A stretch of 64,000 bases of DNA. It comes from Ophelia neglecta (taxonomy: Eukaryota). The DNA lies in contig OZ260666.1 of assembly GCA_965285935.1 (NCBI GenBank), positions 30,690,001 through 30,754,000 of the forward strand, in the 5' to 3' direction. A program made the translations under genes and the position numbers. Under the pieces are notes generated by a model. The model saw only the letters and a program-made list of their open reading frames with translations. It did no database searches and had not been told where the DNA came from. Positions 24,751 to 38,129 of this stretch are shown here, piece by piece (position 1 is the stretch's first letter; every line of letters begins with the position of its first letter).

Positions 24751-27700
24751 CTATGTCGAATGACCAGTTTGTTCCTCCACTTTTATCAGCAGTCCAGTAA
24801 TGATCACAGTTCCTCGCCTATTGGTAGCCCATTCTAACTCTGCATTTGGAAATTTGTCATCCATCTGTTTGTTTCCAAGTCCTATAGTTTCTTTGCCCAC
24901 CTCATACGAATCTGGACGTATACGGACCTGGAGGGCCACTCGGGCCTTAAACTGCCTACCAGCGTCCTGAAAGCTAGAAATAGGAACACAGTTTCAACCT
25001 GAAATATTCTCAGAAGCAATTCGAGATATGTCAAATCGGAACCCTCACCAACGGAGATATATTTGTCTGGACATTTGTCTTACATGATAAACCGATATTT
25101 CAGAAATACCTTTGTAGTGGGGCATATACATTGCATCCAGCGTATTTTATAGAAGGGGACAAAAAAAGCCTGCGAATATCATGACCGCTGGGCGCGCTAG
25201 CTTCATTCCAGTGGTTCTTTGGAGGCTCTATCCTTTCTCCTTCCTGGGTCACATCACCTATAAGGAATGGCATCGTTATACTCAGCAAGTTTTCATAAAT
25301 TCTGATAAAATGTATGGTACGAAGACAAGTTCATAAAAGTTCAAAGCAAAGTTTGATACCGGGCATCAGTAGGTCACCGGTTTCCATAATGCTTTTTATT
25401 AAACTGGACCTGGTGCCGTGGAAGGCGACATGCCACTTAGAAAACGCCTTCAAACCGTCTGCTCTTGGCGGGGTTCTGGTTTAGAGGGAGAATAAAAACA
25501 GTAAAAAGTCAAGTACTGAATACAGTTGTATGCTGGTGGGCTAATTGTGTTTCGAAGGAAATGGACACCCATAATGTGCCCGTTCATACAGAGAAAAACA
25601 AGCGTGTCGCCCCTGTTTTAAATATACTAGTATATAACATATCATTACTACTTTTATTTCAGAATTTCAATAACTTATATCGTATTCTTTCAACTCACTT
25701 GAGGCCATATTTACACCAGCCCATTGGTATACCATACAGTTTAGGCGGTACACCCCTCTTGAGATACAAATCGTGTCCACGCTTTGAGTGACAACGGGTA
25801 CAGAAACAGGAGTCAGCAGTGTGTTCATAAAATGCGGCTGTCAAGGTATTCAAAAATAACAAATTGATATATCAAATGGGTAGTCTTGTCTGGTTATTCT
25901 CATGCCCAGTACATTTTATAATATATTTAATAGTTGTTTTATTACAATTTTTTTTACTTGTTTAGTATAACATTAAAGGCCTAGACTCACTCTTAAATTA
26001 TGAAACATTTCATTTGTCTTACGTGCTAAGCTTATAATTTCTTTAAATTTGGCACAGAGGTCCTGATAAGGACAGCTATCACCTGACGCGGCTCCCGGCT
26101 GAGATGGTAGGGCGGTTCCGAAGTTCATACTTTGGGCTATACAAGGGAAACACGTTATGGTCAATAATATATCTTAAATAATGTATCTTAAAAAGACGCA
26201 ATTATTGGAACACAACTCAATTGTGTTCAACGGCAATCACATGCAGAGAAGTTTTAACTCAATATCATGCAAGAAGCAGTATGATCAGGACTGTGCTACG
26301 AGTGGTCATCAACTTTTGAAGAGAGGGGAGGGGGGGGGGATCCTTGGGGGTGGGGGCAAACAATTGCAGCATATTCAAATTGGACGTGCGGGGGGGGGGG
26401 GGCACAATTTTATGACATATTATTTATCAAGAACGTTCAATATTAAGTATTAATTTCATTTTCTTTCCATGAAAGAACTTCCTATTTAATTTTTAATGTT
26501 GATGTAAAATGCCATTTGGTTACTTCGGCGGTGCTCACAGTTATTATCCCATTTGATTTATAGGTCGAGGGATGTTTTTGCAAGAATAATACATCTTCAT
26601 GCATGAACTGTTTAACTTCCCTTTAAAATAAAAAAGATATCCGAAAAAGCGTATTATGCGGTACAACTTTGATTGAGACGGGGTGGGGGGGGGGGGGACT
26701 GATAAAGGAAATATCAAATGCTTGTCGTAGCCTTATTAAAATTTCGCCCCGATACCGTAGTAAGGAGTGACGTCCCCCCTCCCTTTCCCGTAGTAAATAC
26801 CCACCCTCAATTGGAGTATGTATGCTTTCAACTTCTCCGTGAGGATAGAAGGCGGCGCCCTGTTGAGAGTAATCCTCATTACTAGACGAATCCAATCGTG
26901 ACGCCGTGGAATCAGACCTCGGAATGGTAACTGCTTCTGGAAGCCAACATGAAAAACGGGACAAATTGTCGATATTCTTTTGATGAAAACATCTTGAGCT
27001 TAAAGTTCATTTAGGCCTACTTACACATGCCTGATTACCCGGCCCTTTTCCGACAATGGTTGAAAGGCCCTTCTAGCATATTTAAAAGGTGGTAATTTAC
27101 ATAGGAATGTCACACGACTCTAAATTCCCTGAATCAGCATTCTAAGATGGGTTGTGGCTATATTGCAATAGGGCCAATCAGAACGGGCGTTCTTAAGTGT
27201 CGTCGAGAATGAGGCAATCAAGCATGATAGTGAGCTGATCTACAGAAATGGATTAGAAGGTTCGAGAAACATATTTTTCCAACCTTTTTGTACGACCTCC
27301 AGTTCTAGACCGGGGGCCATGTCTAGTTCCATCACGGCCCAATGAGGGCCAGTACGGTCTGAGAACGCCCTCCCCATGTCATCACCGTTCTGATAAAAAT
27401 GAATATCCCCGGATGACGTCATCAGAACGCCCACAGTGTCTCCATTCACTACATTCCTCACCATATCGTTGTTGTACGGTCGAACGTAGGCGCCGTCGTA
27501 AAACAGGTTATTCATGTTGATAATGCACGATTCGCTTTTCAGTTTGAATAATCTGTCCGGTATGTTGGCGTCCTCAAGGTCCGTGGGATCAACAGGAATC
27601 ACTCCCATGTTGACATATGCCTCTGCCTACAGGGAGAGGTAACGCCAGACATTAAAAACATCATTTATACACAATTGTATAAAACTTGTTCTTATAAATA

Positions 27701-30700
27701 CTTATAAATAAAGGAAAGTTTGAGGCACAGTGATATGATGAAGGCACAGCCTTGGGTCGAGCGTAGATATACAAATTATACAAAACACGAGAGTTATGGG
27801 CATCTAGAACATTTGTACCAAAAACACCTATAAGGCCTACACACTTGCATATTCACTTAAATTCATATCATGAAAGCAAGATTCTTTGGGTTTTATGAAC
27901 CGTACAAAGCACGCCCGGAGCTCGTGAAATGTAGCGGGCAGCCACCGTCACTACGAAATGGGCCAGCAACCGTTCCAACTTTTACCCTTTTGCCAGCAGT
28001 TGCCTAGTCCAGAATCAGTATTCTGCAGCCGGAAACAAACCCATTTTGAAAAATTGACAGTATTCAGGTTTTCATATGATCTCCCATACAGGCTTTTTCC
28101 ACATGTCCCATGTGCACACATGTAACTACAAATATTATCGAGTGTAGCTCGAGGCTGGGCCCTCCATCTTGCAATAAAATATGTGCCACTGGAATATGTC
28201 AAAACAGCTGCAAAATCATCTATGAATCTGTATACTTTCTTATTATCAGTTGGGTTGTTTCCGGTTGCACCATTCTGGCGTTGTACGAGCCCTGGCGCCG
28301 CATTGCTAGATTAGCCCAGAATTTTGTTATATGATCTTAACCTATTATTTGTTTCCGTGCTATTTATTCTAGATATCAATAACTGTAGTTTTGTAAGTAA
28401 TTGTATAGCTACGCTCGATCAAAGGCTCTGCCTTTAGGCCTATGACATTACAAATCTCTGTTTTGTTGAGAAAATAAAACAATGTAAATATCAATGCATG
28501 TACGGCACTTCTGCATGAACACCAGTAGCCTAAGAGTGGAGCCACTGGAATCCATATTTTCAGCTGCATGTGAACTCACAGAGGAGATGGTGGCTTTGGC
28601 TTCAAATAGCACGTTAGGTTTTAGAGGTCCTCCACTGAACACAATTGCCTCATTCCTATTTACATATCTACAGGTTGCTGTTTTGTCATTGTTTGCCAGT
28701 AACACGTTTTTTCCGGCCCGGCGGTGGAATTTCATGCCGGTCCCAAGTGGAACATCTGATTTAAATGACAACAAATAAAATTTGGTTATTCACAATGTCA
28801 CGTGTTTAACAACAATAAAAATACACACACGACTCCTTATTATAGGAAAAAAATGTATTAGGTAATTATATTGATGTATCTTAACCATTTCCCTTGAAAA
28901 ACGCTCACTTTTTCATTTCCACTTTAATGTATGCATGGGTCAAAGTACTTTTAACTGATGTTACCTTTTCTAGGAGGCGGGGCTCTTGCTGCTGGCTCCT
29001 CCTCTGCCACTAGAAATTCCTGTTGTTCTGTTGGTATAGCAAATTGTCTGTACAGCATCTCCTGCTCTTCTAAAATACGACATTTCATAATAATGTCAGA
29101 CTATATCGCAGTTCATGCAATGACACGTTCTTTGAATATTTAATTACTAGTGAAATATTATGCATCTTTAAGGAATAAAAACAGAGCCCAGAGAGGCTTT
29201 AAAAAAGAAACACATCTTTAGATGGATGCTTGATTTGACCTCACCAAGATTCTCTTCGCCGAGAAGCTGTTGGTGTTCATGATCAACATCGGGAAAATCT
29301 TCTAACTGTAAATTCTGGGCGTCTATTTCCACCTGATCGCTCTCTTCTATGTTGTCCGAGTCAGAATCAGACAAGGTCGCTGGAAATAAATAAATAAAGA
29401 TGAGGGAAGCTTATAATCAAGAAACGATAAAGTAGAACAAGTGACGGGGAATGCTATTGGAGTTGCCTCAATTTATGAGTGCAAAAGTTCTCATCTTGCT
29501 TACTATTGTAGGGTGGACGAGCGATCTCTTTGGCTGTGGTTTCCAGCTCGACAACAGCCCACACCTTAGAGATTTTGTCTACAGAGTAAGATTTTCCAAG
29601 GTCTTTAGCATTGTGATAGAAATGAATCGCATTATTGGAACTTTTCATGACTCCAACGGTGTCTCCTTTTGCTACCTTCAACAGAAAAGAAATTAAATAA
29701 AAAATATGATAATAGTACTCTTTTGTCTTCATAAGGTTTTATATGGATTGGTCCCTGATTATCTTGCATCGCTTATGTCCTTCAAGCTTTTACTTCGCGA
29801 AAATGTTCACTCAACAATATCGTGCCTACTCCAAATCCTAAATTCCAAGCAATAAACACAAGGAGACCGGATTTTCCCGGTTGCTGCTCCACGGCGATGC
29901 TTGTCCCTCAATATCGATTAAATTGACAATACTAATAAATGTAAACAGGTGTTAGAAACATATCTTTTTAGAGCTGCTTTGACCAGTAATTATCCGTCAA
30001 ATCTCCCCATTTAATATGGCTGGATATTACTGTATAATTAGGTCCAAGTTGGCCATTAGGGACACCCAACGATGGCTCAGGTCAATTTACTAAGAAATTC
30101 AAAAAAAGGTAAGAGCTGGGAACTAACACCCATATAAGACCTTTTTGAAATAGATCTGTTTTAGGCCTATTTGCAAGCCAGCTATATTTTTCGCAGATGA
30201 CCTGATGGCAGCCAGTCAAGAAGATTTTGAGGGTATTTCACTATCAGAACAGATATTCATCAGAACATATTTGTGTGACCTCGTACCATGACTATGCACA
30301 GAGAAAGTGACACGTTTTTATTTGTTACTTCCATGTTTTTGTTGATGTATTTTTTATTTCCTGATAACTTACCTGTATATATTTGCCGCAGGCCCTGATG
30401 ACCGACCCACACCAGCCGATGTGTTCGGGCCGTACCCAGCTGTTGCTGTCCTCGTCCAACCGCCAGTTAGGGTCGACCTCCCAGTGCCAAAACGTGAACC
30501 GGATGTCTTCCCGTCCCGGGTCATCCACCGTGGCTCCCACATGGAGGTAACTGGAAATTCCCTGGAAAATACAGACGCTGCATATGATTGACTTTACGGA
30601 ATGGATGCTGACTAAATGTGCCCAATGTTTTGTTCTTGTCCATTTCAAGTCTATATCAGGCTTTTTAAAACCCTTAGCTTAGGGATGTGTAGCAGTATGA

Positions 30701-32800
30701 TATATTCATGTACTTTCTTGAGCATGCTAAAATAAAAGATAAATGCTGGAAAAATTAGAGGAATTTACTGAACGGGGGTGGGATGTGTGGGGGAGGGGGG
30801 TTGCCCTAATGTGTGCCATTGTGTGGGAGGGCGGAATTTCAAGAAATACAAGATTATATGTCGGGTGAGTCCCTTGGCATGATATTCAATGTGCCTTTTA
30901 AAATAAATATAAGTAAATGGCGTGAGGAATAGAAGCTGCCTTCTAGCCACATTAACTTCGTACACATATTCCGACTGGTAAATATTAGTAACAGAACGTA
31001 TATTGCTGAATGGGTGTTAGGGTCATGAAAGAGGCGTAGCCACTCTTATACTGTCCCGTCTATAATTAGCGGCCACTCCTTTAGTTTTTATCAAATACGA
31101 CCAGCTAGCTAAAAAAAAACTTCTGCAAAGCTTTGTGGTGTTATACAGACATCTTCATTTGGTCAATGAATGTGACTTTGATAAACTCAATCAGGCCTAT
31201 GCCATATCGCTAGGCTAGAACATTTTTTGCTTTAAATAAAGTAATCTCTACCATATTTCGGGTTTACTCGAAAGTGTTTAGTATAGCTGTGTTAGGTGAG
31301 TAAATACGCCATTTATGGAGGTAAAACAGATGTGCTATAGAAGTCCTGCATTTCCCTTCGGATTGTACATACTACTAAAGATGAACTAAAATGTTGATGT
31401 TCTAAATAAATTCTTAATATATAGAGCTGCATAAGGTCAATTGGTTAGGGCTTGAATATGTTTTATGTTGTTTTCCTTGATACCTGACTTTTATAGATTT
31501 TTTTTAATTGACAGGAGCATGATTAGCTTGTCGGACAATCAGACACTATTTTTCCAGTCTATATACCATTAATTTAAGATATTTGTTTTATTAATTATCC
31601 CTCTTAAGTAAGGATAACGCCCCGACATGTAATCTCACATGTACTTGCTGTATAGCAGGCTTTGTAGACTTTTATAAGTACGGTATATAAAGTTCAAAGT
31701 CAACCATATCAGGCCGTACAGTGTAGATAGGTACTCGGCCACTTAAATGTACAGCGGGCATGTACATTTACTGTGGTGTAAAAATACTATAATAATATGT
31801 AGGCCTGTGGTATAAGGACTAAATACGTGCCTTTACACATCCAAACAGTTGGCATATGATAGGTTATAATGGGTTTGCCTATATATTATATGGCAGATCT
31901 ACATTGGAAACATAAAACGGGACATTATGTAGATCTAGGATAACACATAAACCATTCATACGAAATCCTTGTCAGAAGCTTCCTTGATATATATTTGATA
32001 GCACGGGCATAAGTAGTAGGCCTATGGGTGACAATTTAGTTAATAAATCCCGTTTTATATACTTTTCTGGGAATTTCTAGGTTAAAAAGCATTTAAAAGG
32101 GACTATATCACATTAAAATATAGCCACTTAAAGTTGAATTGAATTACTTTAACTAACATATTTCTTTTGTTTAGAGCAAATTTTGTACCCTCTAGGAATG
32201 AACTTTGCAATGTACATGTGAAATTATCTTTGTAAGATAAACTGTGAATAGAACATAATTTCACGATTCACAGTGATCACTTTTTTGCCAATCACAAGTC
32301 ACGAACTTGCATATAAGCGCACCCCTACCCCCCCCCCCCCCCCCTCCCCACCGACCTAATCTGACCTAGGAACCATGTCTTCGAAAGGTGTATGTGGTGG
32401 TGTTCCAAGGGGTGGGTGGGGGGAGGTCGTATATAGCCCCCTGGGCAGCAGGCATGTTTCGCATTTTTAAGAAACCAATTAGATATTAAATAGATATTGA
32501 ACCCTGGCCCTATTATTAACATGTCTATTAGGAGAGGAGCCTCTTATAAAGTTATGGATATGCAAACGGAAATACATACCGGTAGTAACGTTAGTTAAAT
32601 TAGTTGTACGGAGATAGAGAACTTACATCAATATTCAACAGCTTAACCTCGTACAAAACGTCCACTTCCAACGGCTCCGCACTGTAAACAACAGCTCCTT
32701 CGTTCACCGCCCTACTCTTTCTCTTAGCAATTTGACCATTATTTCGTAACTTCACATTCTTCCCTGTGTATTTGTGAAAAAGGACAGTGTTAGTCGCCAT
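24751..32800 (-). CDS. NEURL4: NEURL4-like protein: 2 NHR (Neuralized) domains with acidic linker, Cys/His cluster, C-terminal ADP-ribosyltransferase (PARP-like) domain; 721 aa, 13 exons
   Basis: Phase-consistent exons 32800-32627, 30561-30373, 29675-29504, 29379-29245, 29069-28965, 28755-28580, 27626-27284, 26936-26805, 26136-26023, 25837-25699, 25475-25360, 25257-25110, 24973-24751 (2166 nt). NHR motifs: FHKYTGKNVKL, FHRRAGKNVLL, GDTVGV..IHFY.N..D.G. Cys cluster: CPYQDLC..CFCTRCH. ART motifs: YGIPMGW, WHVAFHGT, LFLSPSIKYA, LQVRIRPDSY, ELEW. Likely a paralogue rather than the 6-NHR orthologue. Confidence 0.9.
29730..29985 (+). mobile_element. Decayed L2-group LINE 3' fragment (intronic)
   Basis: Fragments KVLYGLVPDYLASL, GDRIFPVAAP and LETYLFRAA, separated by frameshifts, match the L2 ORF2 C-terminus. 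Confidence 0.55.
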
Positions 32801-32860
32801 AGTGTAAAGCATACGACATTTCCAATATCGAAACCTTCCTGATGGGCGAAAATACCAGTA

Positions 32861-32933
32861 GTTATCTTTGGGGATTCCCCCAGCTTAAGTATGCTACAAC
32901 TATGCACTTTTTACTGCGAGGTTACATGACTCA
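32861..32933. promoter_or_regulatory. Candidate immune-responsive module upstream of NEURL4-like: GATA, NF-kappaB and AP-1 sites
   Basis: GGGGATTCCCC at 32870-32880 (palindromic kappaB site), AGATAAC on the minus strand at 32861-32867, TGACTCA at 32927-32933. All lie 60-135 bp from the ATG at 32800. Confidence 0.6.
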
Positions 32934-34127
32934 GACGGTGAGTGTAAGTTACAATGAGCGAACGTAGCAAGGGGCCGTTCAGTGTTCTATACGCCGTATG
33001 CCACATGGGAGTGGTATAAAATGAAAACACCATTGGAAAGCTGTCTAGAAGATTAACGTTACTTTCGAACAAACTTTCCTCTTTAAATCTTAAAATAGGC
33101 CTTGAAATGCAAGAAACGAGCTTTTGTTACCAACTTCGGCCCCAGCAAACTTTTTTTCTTTAAAAGGCCTAGCTATGAAACAATTTTTTTTTCTAACTTG
33201 AATATGTTGAAACAAATTCTCCAAAATTAACTTGTATTAGCATGAATAAGCTAGTAATTGTTAGCAGCATTTCTGTTTTAGGTTATCTAAGGCCTTATCA
33301 CATCTTTATGAGTGTCAAGTGTAAAATGGGAATGAAAATCCCGCATTGGAACCCCCCCACCCCCACCCCACGGATAATAAACAGCTGGAGCCTCCCCACC
33401 CCCGACCCCCCACCCCAGGATAAATTATGGAAAATCCCTAGGTTACTGCTCTCAAGCTTGCACAAAAAAGGATTAGTATTGTGTTTTTTTTTTTCTAACT
33501 TATACATATTAACTTCACGAAACAGAATTTAAAGTACAGTGGACGAGTTTCCCCAGCAGTGAAAATACCTATGATGGCTGTTTTAAATTTTTCTTTATAT
33601 TTTCGTGATTTATTTATACTTAGATCTAGTCAGAAGAAAGGGAATATGAAGGGAAAATAAACTGAAGAATGTTTACTTTTTATGTATTATGTAGCACAGT
33701 GTGTCGTTTGAATAAACATTTATTGTCTATATACATACATTATTACGAATAAAATAATATTACAAGCGGGCTGCCTTGGACACACAAATTTTTTTCACTC
33801 ATAAGCGACATATTTTCCCCTTAGATCTGCCCAACTGAGGCATTTCTTTAGATTTGTCTTTGTTATTGTTTTGCCATATCATTTCAATACACTGCATGCA
33901 CACTCAATTTTGTCTTCTATTGAAAACTGTCTGTTAAGAAGTCAACAAACACTACATAGAAACGAAGACACGTTTTAATTGAGTTAAGAGATCCCAACGC
34001 GCTGTTAAAAAACCTGGCTGCGACTGAAGTAGTCGTATCTTGTCGCAGTCTAGTCTTCATTTATCGTGCGATGGTCGTGCGATTGTCGTGGGACAAGTCT
34101 TTCGTGTTATCCTTCATTGTCAATGTT

Positions 34128-34187
34128 CAGACCAGTATTTTTCAGTCCCTTGGAGTTGGGTGGTCTTAATTCACAGGTTTCACTGAA
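34128..34187 (-). mobile_element. Terminal fragment of a Tc1/pogo-like MITE
   Basis: The reverse complement begins CAGTGAAACCTGTGAATTAAGACCACC, a TIR type common in invertebrate Tc1/pogo-like MITEs. The other end was not found. Confidence 0.4.
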
Positions 34188-35996
34188 CTTGTAAATCCAC
34201 AATCGGAGTAAATGTATACTTTCCTAAAGTAGCTGTCGATGATATTCCCAAACAAAATTGAAACAACAGAAACAAATTCCTGATACGACAATCGCAATGT
34301 TTCCCATTAAATTAATAACTAAACTACACGATAGAGGATTTACAGTAATTCTTAATCACTAGTGTCAACGAACATCATAATACAAAACCTCTAAAAATGA
34401 TAACACTAATATAAATGTTTTTCAATTAAATTTAAATATTGAATCTGAGAATGATTCGGAAACTGATGCTCACAGTGATCATTATGATGTTGTCGAGTGA
34501 CATATTAAAATCAATTCAATATGAAGGCGTTTTATTATCATGAAACGGCACTAGATATATGTGATATTTAATTCAATCATGTCAAAGAGGAATGAGATCA
34601 TGGGGTGCCTAACTCATCTCTTCTGGCAGACTCTTAATATCTCTGGAACAACAGAGTATATATAAATTTCCAATATAATACGAGGAAAAAGGAACACATC
34701 GCTATGTACAAACAACACAAAAATACACCAACACATACATTGGTATGTACATTATTTGCTTTCTCCCGATTGTAAACAGCACTCCTGATGTCGTATTCAT
34801 AGAGTTTTGCAAAAAAAATACCTTTTCAAAGACCTTGCTTAAGCCAAGGAAAACACCCATCTTTATATATAGGGACAATCTTTACGAGATTTAACTCGGG
34901 AGTACAACCAGGGCCATAGAAGATTCAATATGTGGACCAATTGCTGAAAGGAAAGTATAACTGATATGTTCGTTTTCCATCATTTGCATGGTTGCTATCG
35001 CAACCTGAGCTGGCCTCCTTGAGCGTAGCAATAATGTTTGTACTCTCCTCTGATTGTCTCATTTATAAAAATAGACAGTTAGCCTTGTTGTGTAACCAAA
35101 GTATCGCTGTTGTAGTAGGTATAAATTAAGCCAAGGTGGGGACCCACATTAACTAAATTGTCATTAAAACCATTAGCAATTCACTTATTGTCAGTCACCA
35201 ACTAATCAAGGAGCCTTGAATTTTGCTTATAAGTTTTAAGGCGGGGCATCTGGTGGGATACTATCCTCAATGCATTGAAATGTGTCGTGCAGAGAAACCA
35301 TTTGTGTAGACGTCCCTTCAGAATTTTTGATATATTTGTATACTCTTCTTGCTCTTCTTACGAAACTGGCATGTGACAAAAAACTGCATTTTCAATTAAC
35401 GGGCAGTATTGTACCTTCTTGTTCTTGCTGTGATTTTTTTCACGTGAACTTGTGAAACTTGAATAATAACCTGGATCACCAACTATACACATGTGGAATC
35501 TGCAAATAGTACGTTTTAGCTCATCCTTTAACCATTTTGTGCATCAACTGTTTCTCGTCTTGGTTGTTTGTCACTTCTGCCAACACAGGACAACAGAGAC
35601 CCAGCACAAGATATCGTATATATTGTTTCGTGCTTACCCAGCATGTAGATGGCTGAAGTGGACCCGTCTGTCATACGCAGGGAGCACCATTCATAGTCAC
35701 ATGACTTTTCAAGAAGACTTTTCAAAGACTTCCTTCCTTAAGCCTTATCCTGAAGGCAGAAAGGCTATACAAATTTTCGGTTACACGTTCACATCGCGAC
35801 ATCTAATTTTCTTGAATGTTAGAAAGTAACGAAACCTATAGCTGGGTACATTGGACTGTCACCGTGGGGTGTTAGAGTTTCCACCATATAGCATTTACAT
35901 CTCGAGTTCCTGCAGAACGGATATATTTACCTGTATTCATTGGTTATACCGTTACTTCGACTAAAATGGAATTTTCTTGACAAATGTACCTGAACG

Positions 35997-37579
35997 TCAA
36001 AAACTGTTCGTTGGCGTCCTCGACTGCCCTTTTATACCCCATGTGCCCTTGATGCAGGACGTTCGACAGTTGCAGGGTGCTGGCTCATTTTCCCCGCTAC
36101 AAACTCTGTCTTCGAGTGGCACGTGTACCGTAAGCCCATGTTTGGGGCGTACGCCGGTGCCCCTGAAAAGAGGGCTTTCGGCGGCATTTAGCGGGTACTG
36201 AAGCCGACGGGGTACAAGTTCGTTGCCAGCCTCTGGTAAGCGGTGTCTTTTGCAGCAATGGAATACATGCTGGAGTAGATTGCCACTAAACGCCATGTAG
36301 ATCCAGGGGTTACAGCAACTGTTCAGGTTTGCTAACAACAAGCATATCACGAAAGTATAACCTGCAAAACAGAAAAAATAAATAAATGTGGCTTAATCAT
36401 ATATGTTATCGCCACGGTCGAGAGAAAAATAATGTTTCCGTTTTTATGATCATTGAAAACAACAAAATACAGACGCCGTTAGTTTTCAATAGATATTAGA
36501 ATTATGAATACATTGTACTCACTGTCGTGAGGTGCTGTTTCGTCGTAAGCCCACCACATTTGAGTAATCATGAAAGGTGACCAGCAAATAAGATAAGCAA
36601 GAATCACTACTATTGTTAATTTGATAGTTTTCAATTTTGAACTAGATAGGTTATGACCAGTATGACGTCGAGGTATACCCATAAGTCTTTGAGAACTGCT
36701 GCGATCGTTTTGTGACGACTGGTCCTGTATAACGCAAATATGACCCGAGCCGTTGAATTTGTAAGTAATTTTCCCAGTAGGCAATCGGGAAACACCATTT
36801 AGGTTGCCATGTTTACTATGGCGAACGTTCTTCCACACTTCATGACAAATTCTTCCATATAGAATTACAAGAACTGCGAATGGTATAATGTAGACTGTCA
36901 ATGTAAATGATGTGATGTACAATTGTAAAGTCCATCCGGGATGGAAATGTGCCCAACAGTCAAACTCTCCTGGCGCTAATTCCCGTTGTCGGAATATTAT
37001 CACCTGTGGTATACTGAGAAATGCAGCACAAAGCCAAGCTATGCCTACCATCCTATGAACTTTTCGCGGTGTCCAAGAGTAAGAAGACAGTGGTTGACAG
37101 ATGGATCTGTAGCGATCCACCGCAGTTATCACCAGAACGTAGGTACTCAAATAAATGACCATTACCTGCATGTACTTCACAAACCGACACAAGGGGTCGC
37201 TTCCCATAAACCGGAAGGTTGCATCCCAAGCCAACTGTGGAAGGACATTAAAAGTGGCGACAAGTAAATCTGCAACACTAAGATGCATTATTAAGAGGTG
37301 TATGCGGCTTGTTTTCATTTTGCGATAGCGAAGGGCTAATAGAACACAAACGTTTCCGATTAGAGCCATTATGAAGATAAAGGCTTGCACCCCTATCTCT
37401 ATTTTGGCCAATCTTCCATCTCGCGCAGTCGCAGTCATGTTATTTATTTCTGAAACGATTTCCATGCCAAAAGCTGTAGTCGTCATTTCAGGACTAAGGC
37501 TCTTCCGGAAATAATTAACGGTCTGGGCCCGTGCTGACAAGCTGTTGGTTACATCAAACGTCCTCCCCTGAGCGCTCAT
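35997..37579 (-). CDS. Vasopressin/oxytocin-type (conopressin/cephalotocin-like) class A GPCR, 473 aa, 2 coding exons
   Basis: Exons 37579-36523 (A|gtgagt) and 36361-35997. Motifs [75 protein letters not shown]. The intron between TM6 and TM7 is as in OT/VP receptors. An acceptor directly before the ATG (exon starts 37581) implies upstream exon(s). Confidence 0.93.
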
Positions 37580-38129
37580 TCCTAACACAAAAAAAGAAGA
37601 CCAATTAAATAGAAAAACAAAATGATCAGGTGGCATAGTTTGTTAATACTATAGTATAAGTAGGATATTTCTGAAGTGTTCAAGTAATATCATTAAGGAA
37701 TACAGCTAAAAGGTCCAATTAGAAAGCGACGACTAGATAAACGAAGGCCTACATCATTGCCTATTTGCCTTTTTTTCTAGCTTAAAAACAATAACATTCT
37801 ACCTACCAAGACATAAATGGCGTTGACCGTTCAAACAATATTATAAATTAACCACAGTCCGTTTCTGCCAGATATTGCCTTACTAGTTGACCTCTCGTGT
37901 GTTGTCTATGAGACATTGACATGTAATTGACTAAGCAAAGTTAATAACCGTTATTACCGCTGAGTATGAGAATGTGTATTTAGATTCTCAAGTGTCAAAT
38001 TTGTGGATGGTAACACGACTCCTATGAACCAGTGCAAAGCTGTCAAATCAGAAAGAGTGCTATCAATTCCTTGTTGGCCAAAGAAAAGTGTCTTTATAGA
38101 GCACTTTAGGAAACTGCCTAGCATTAATC

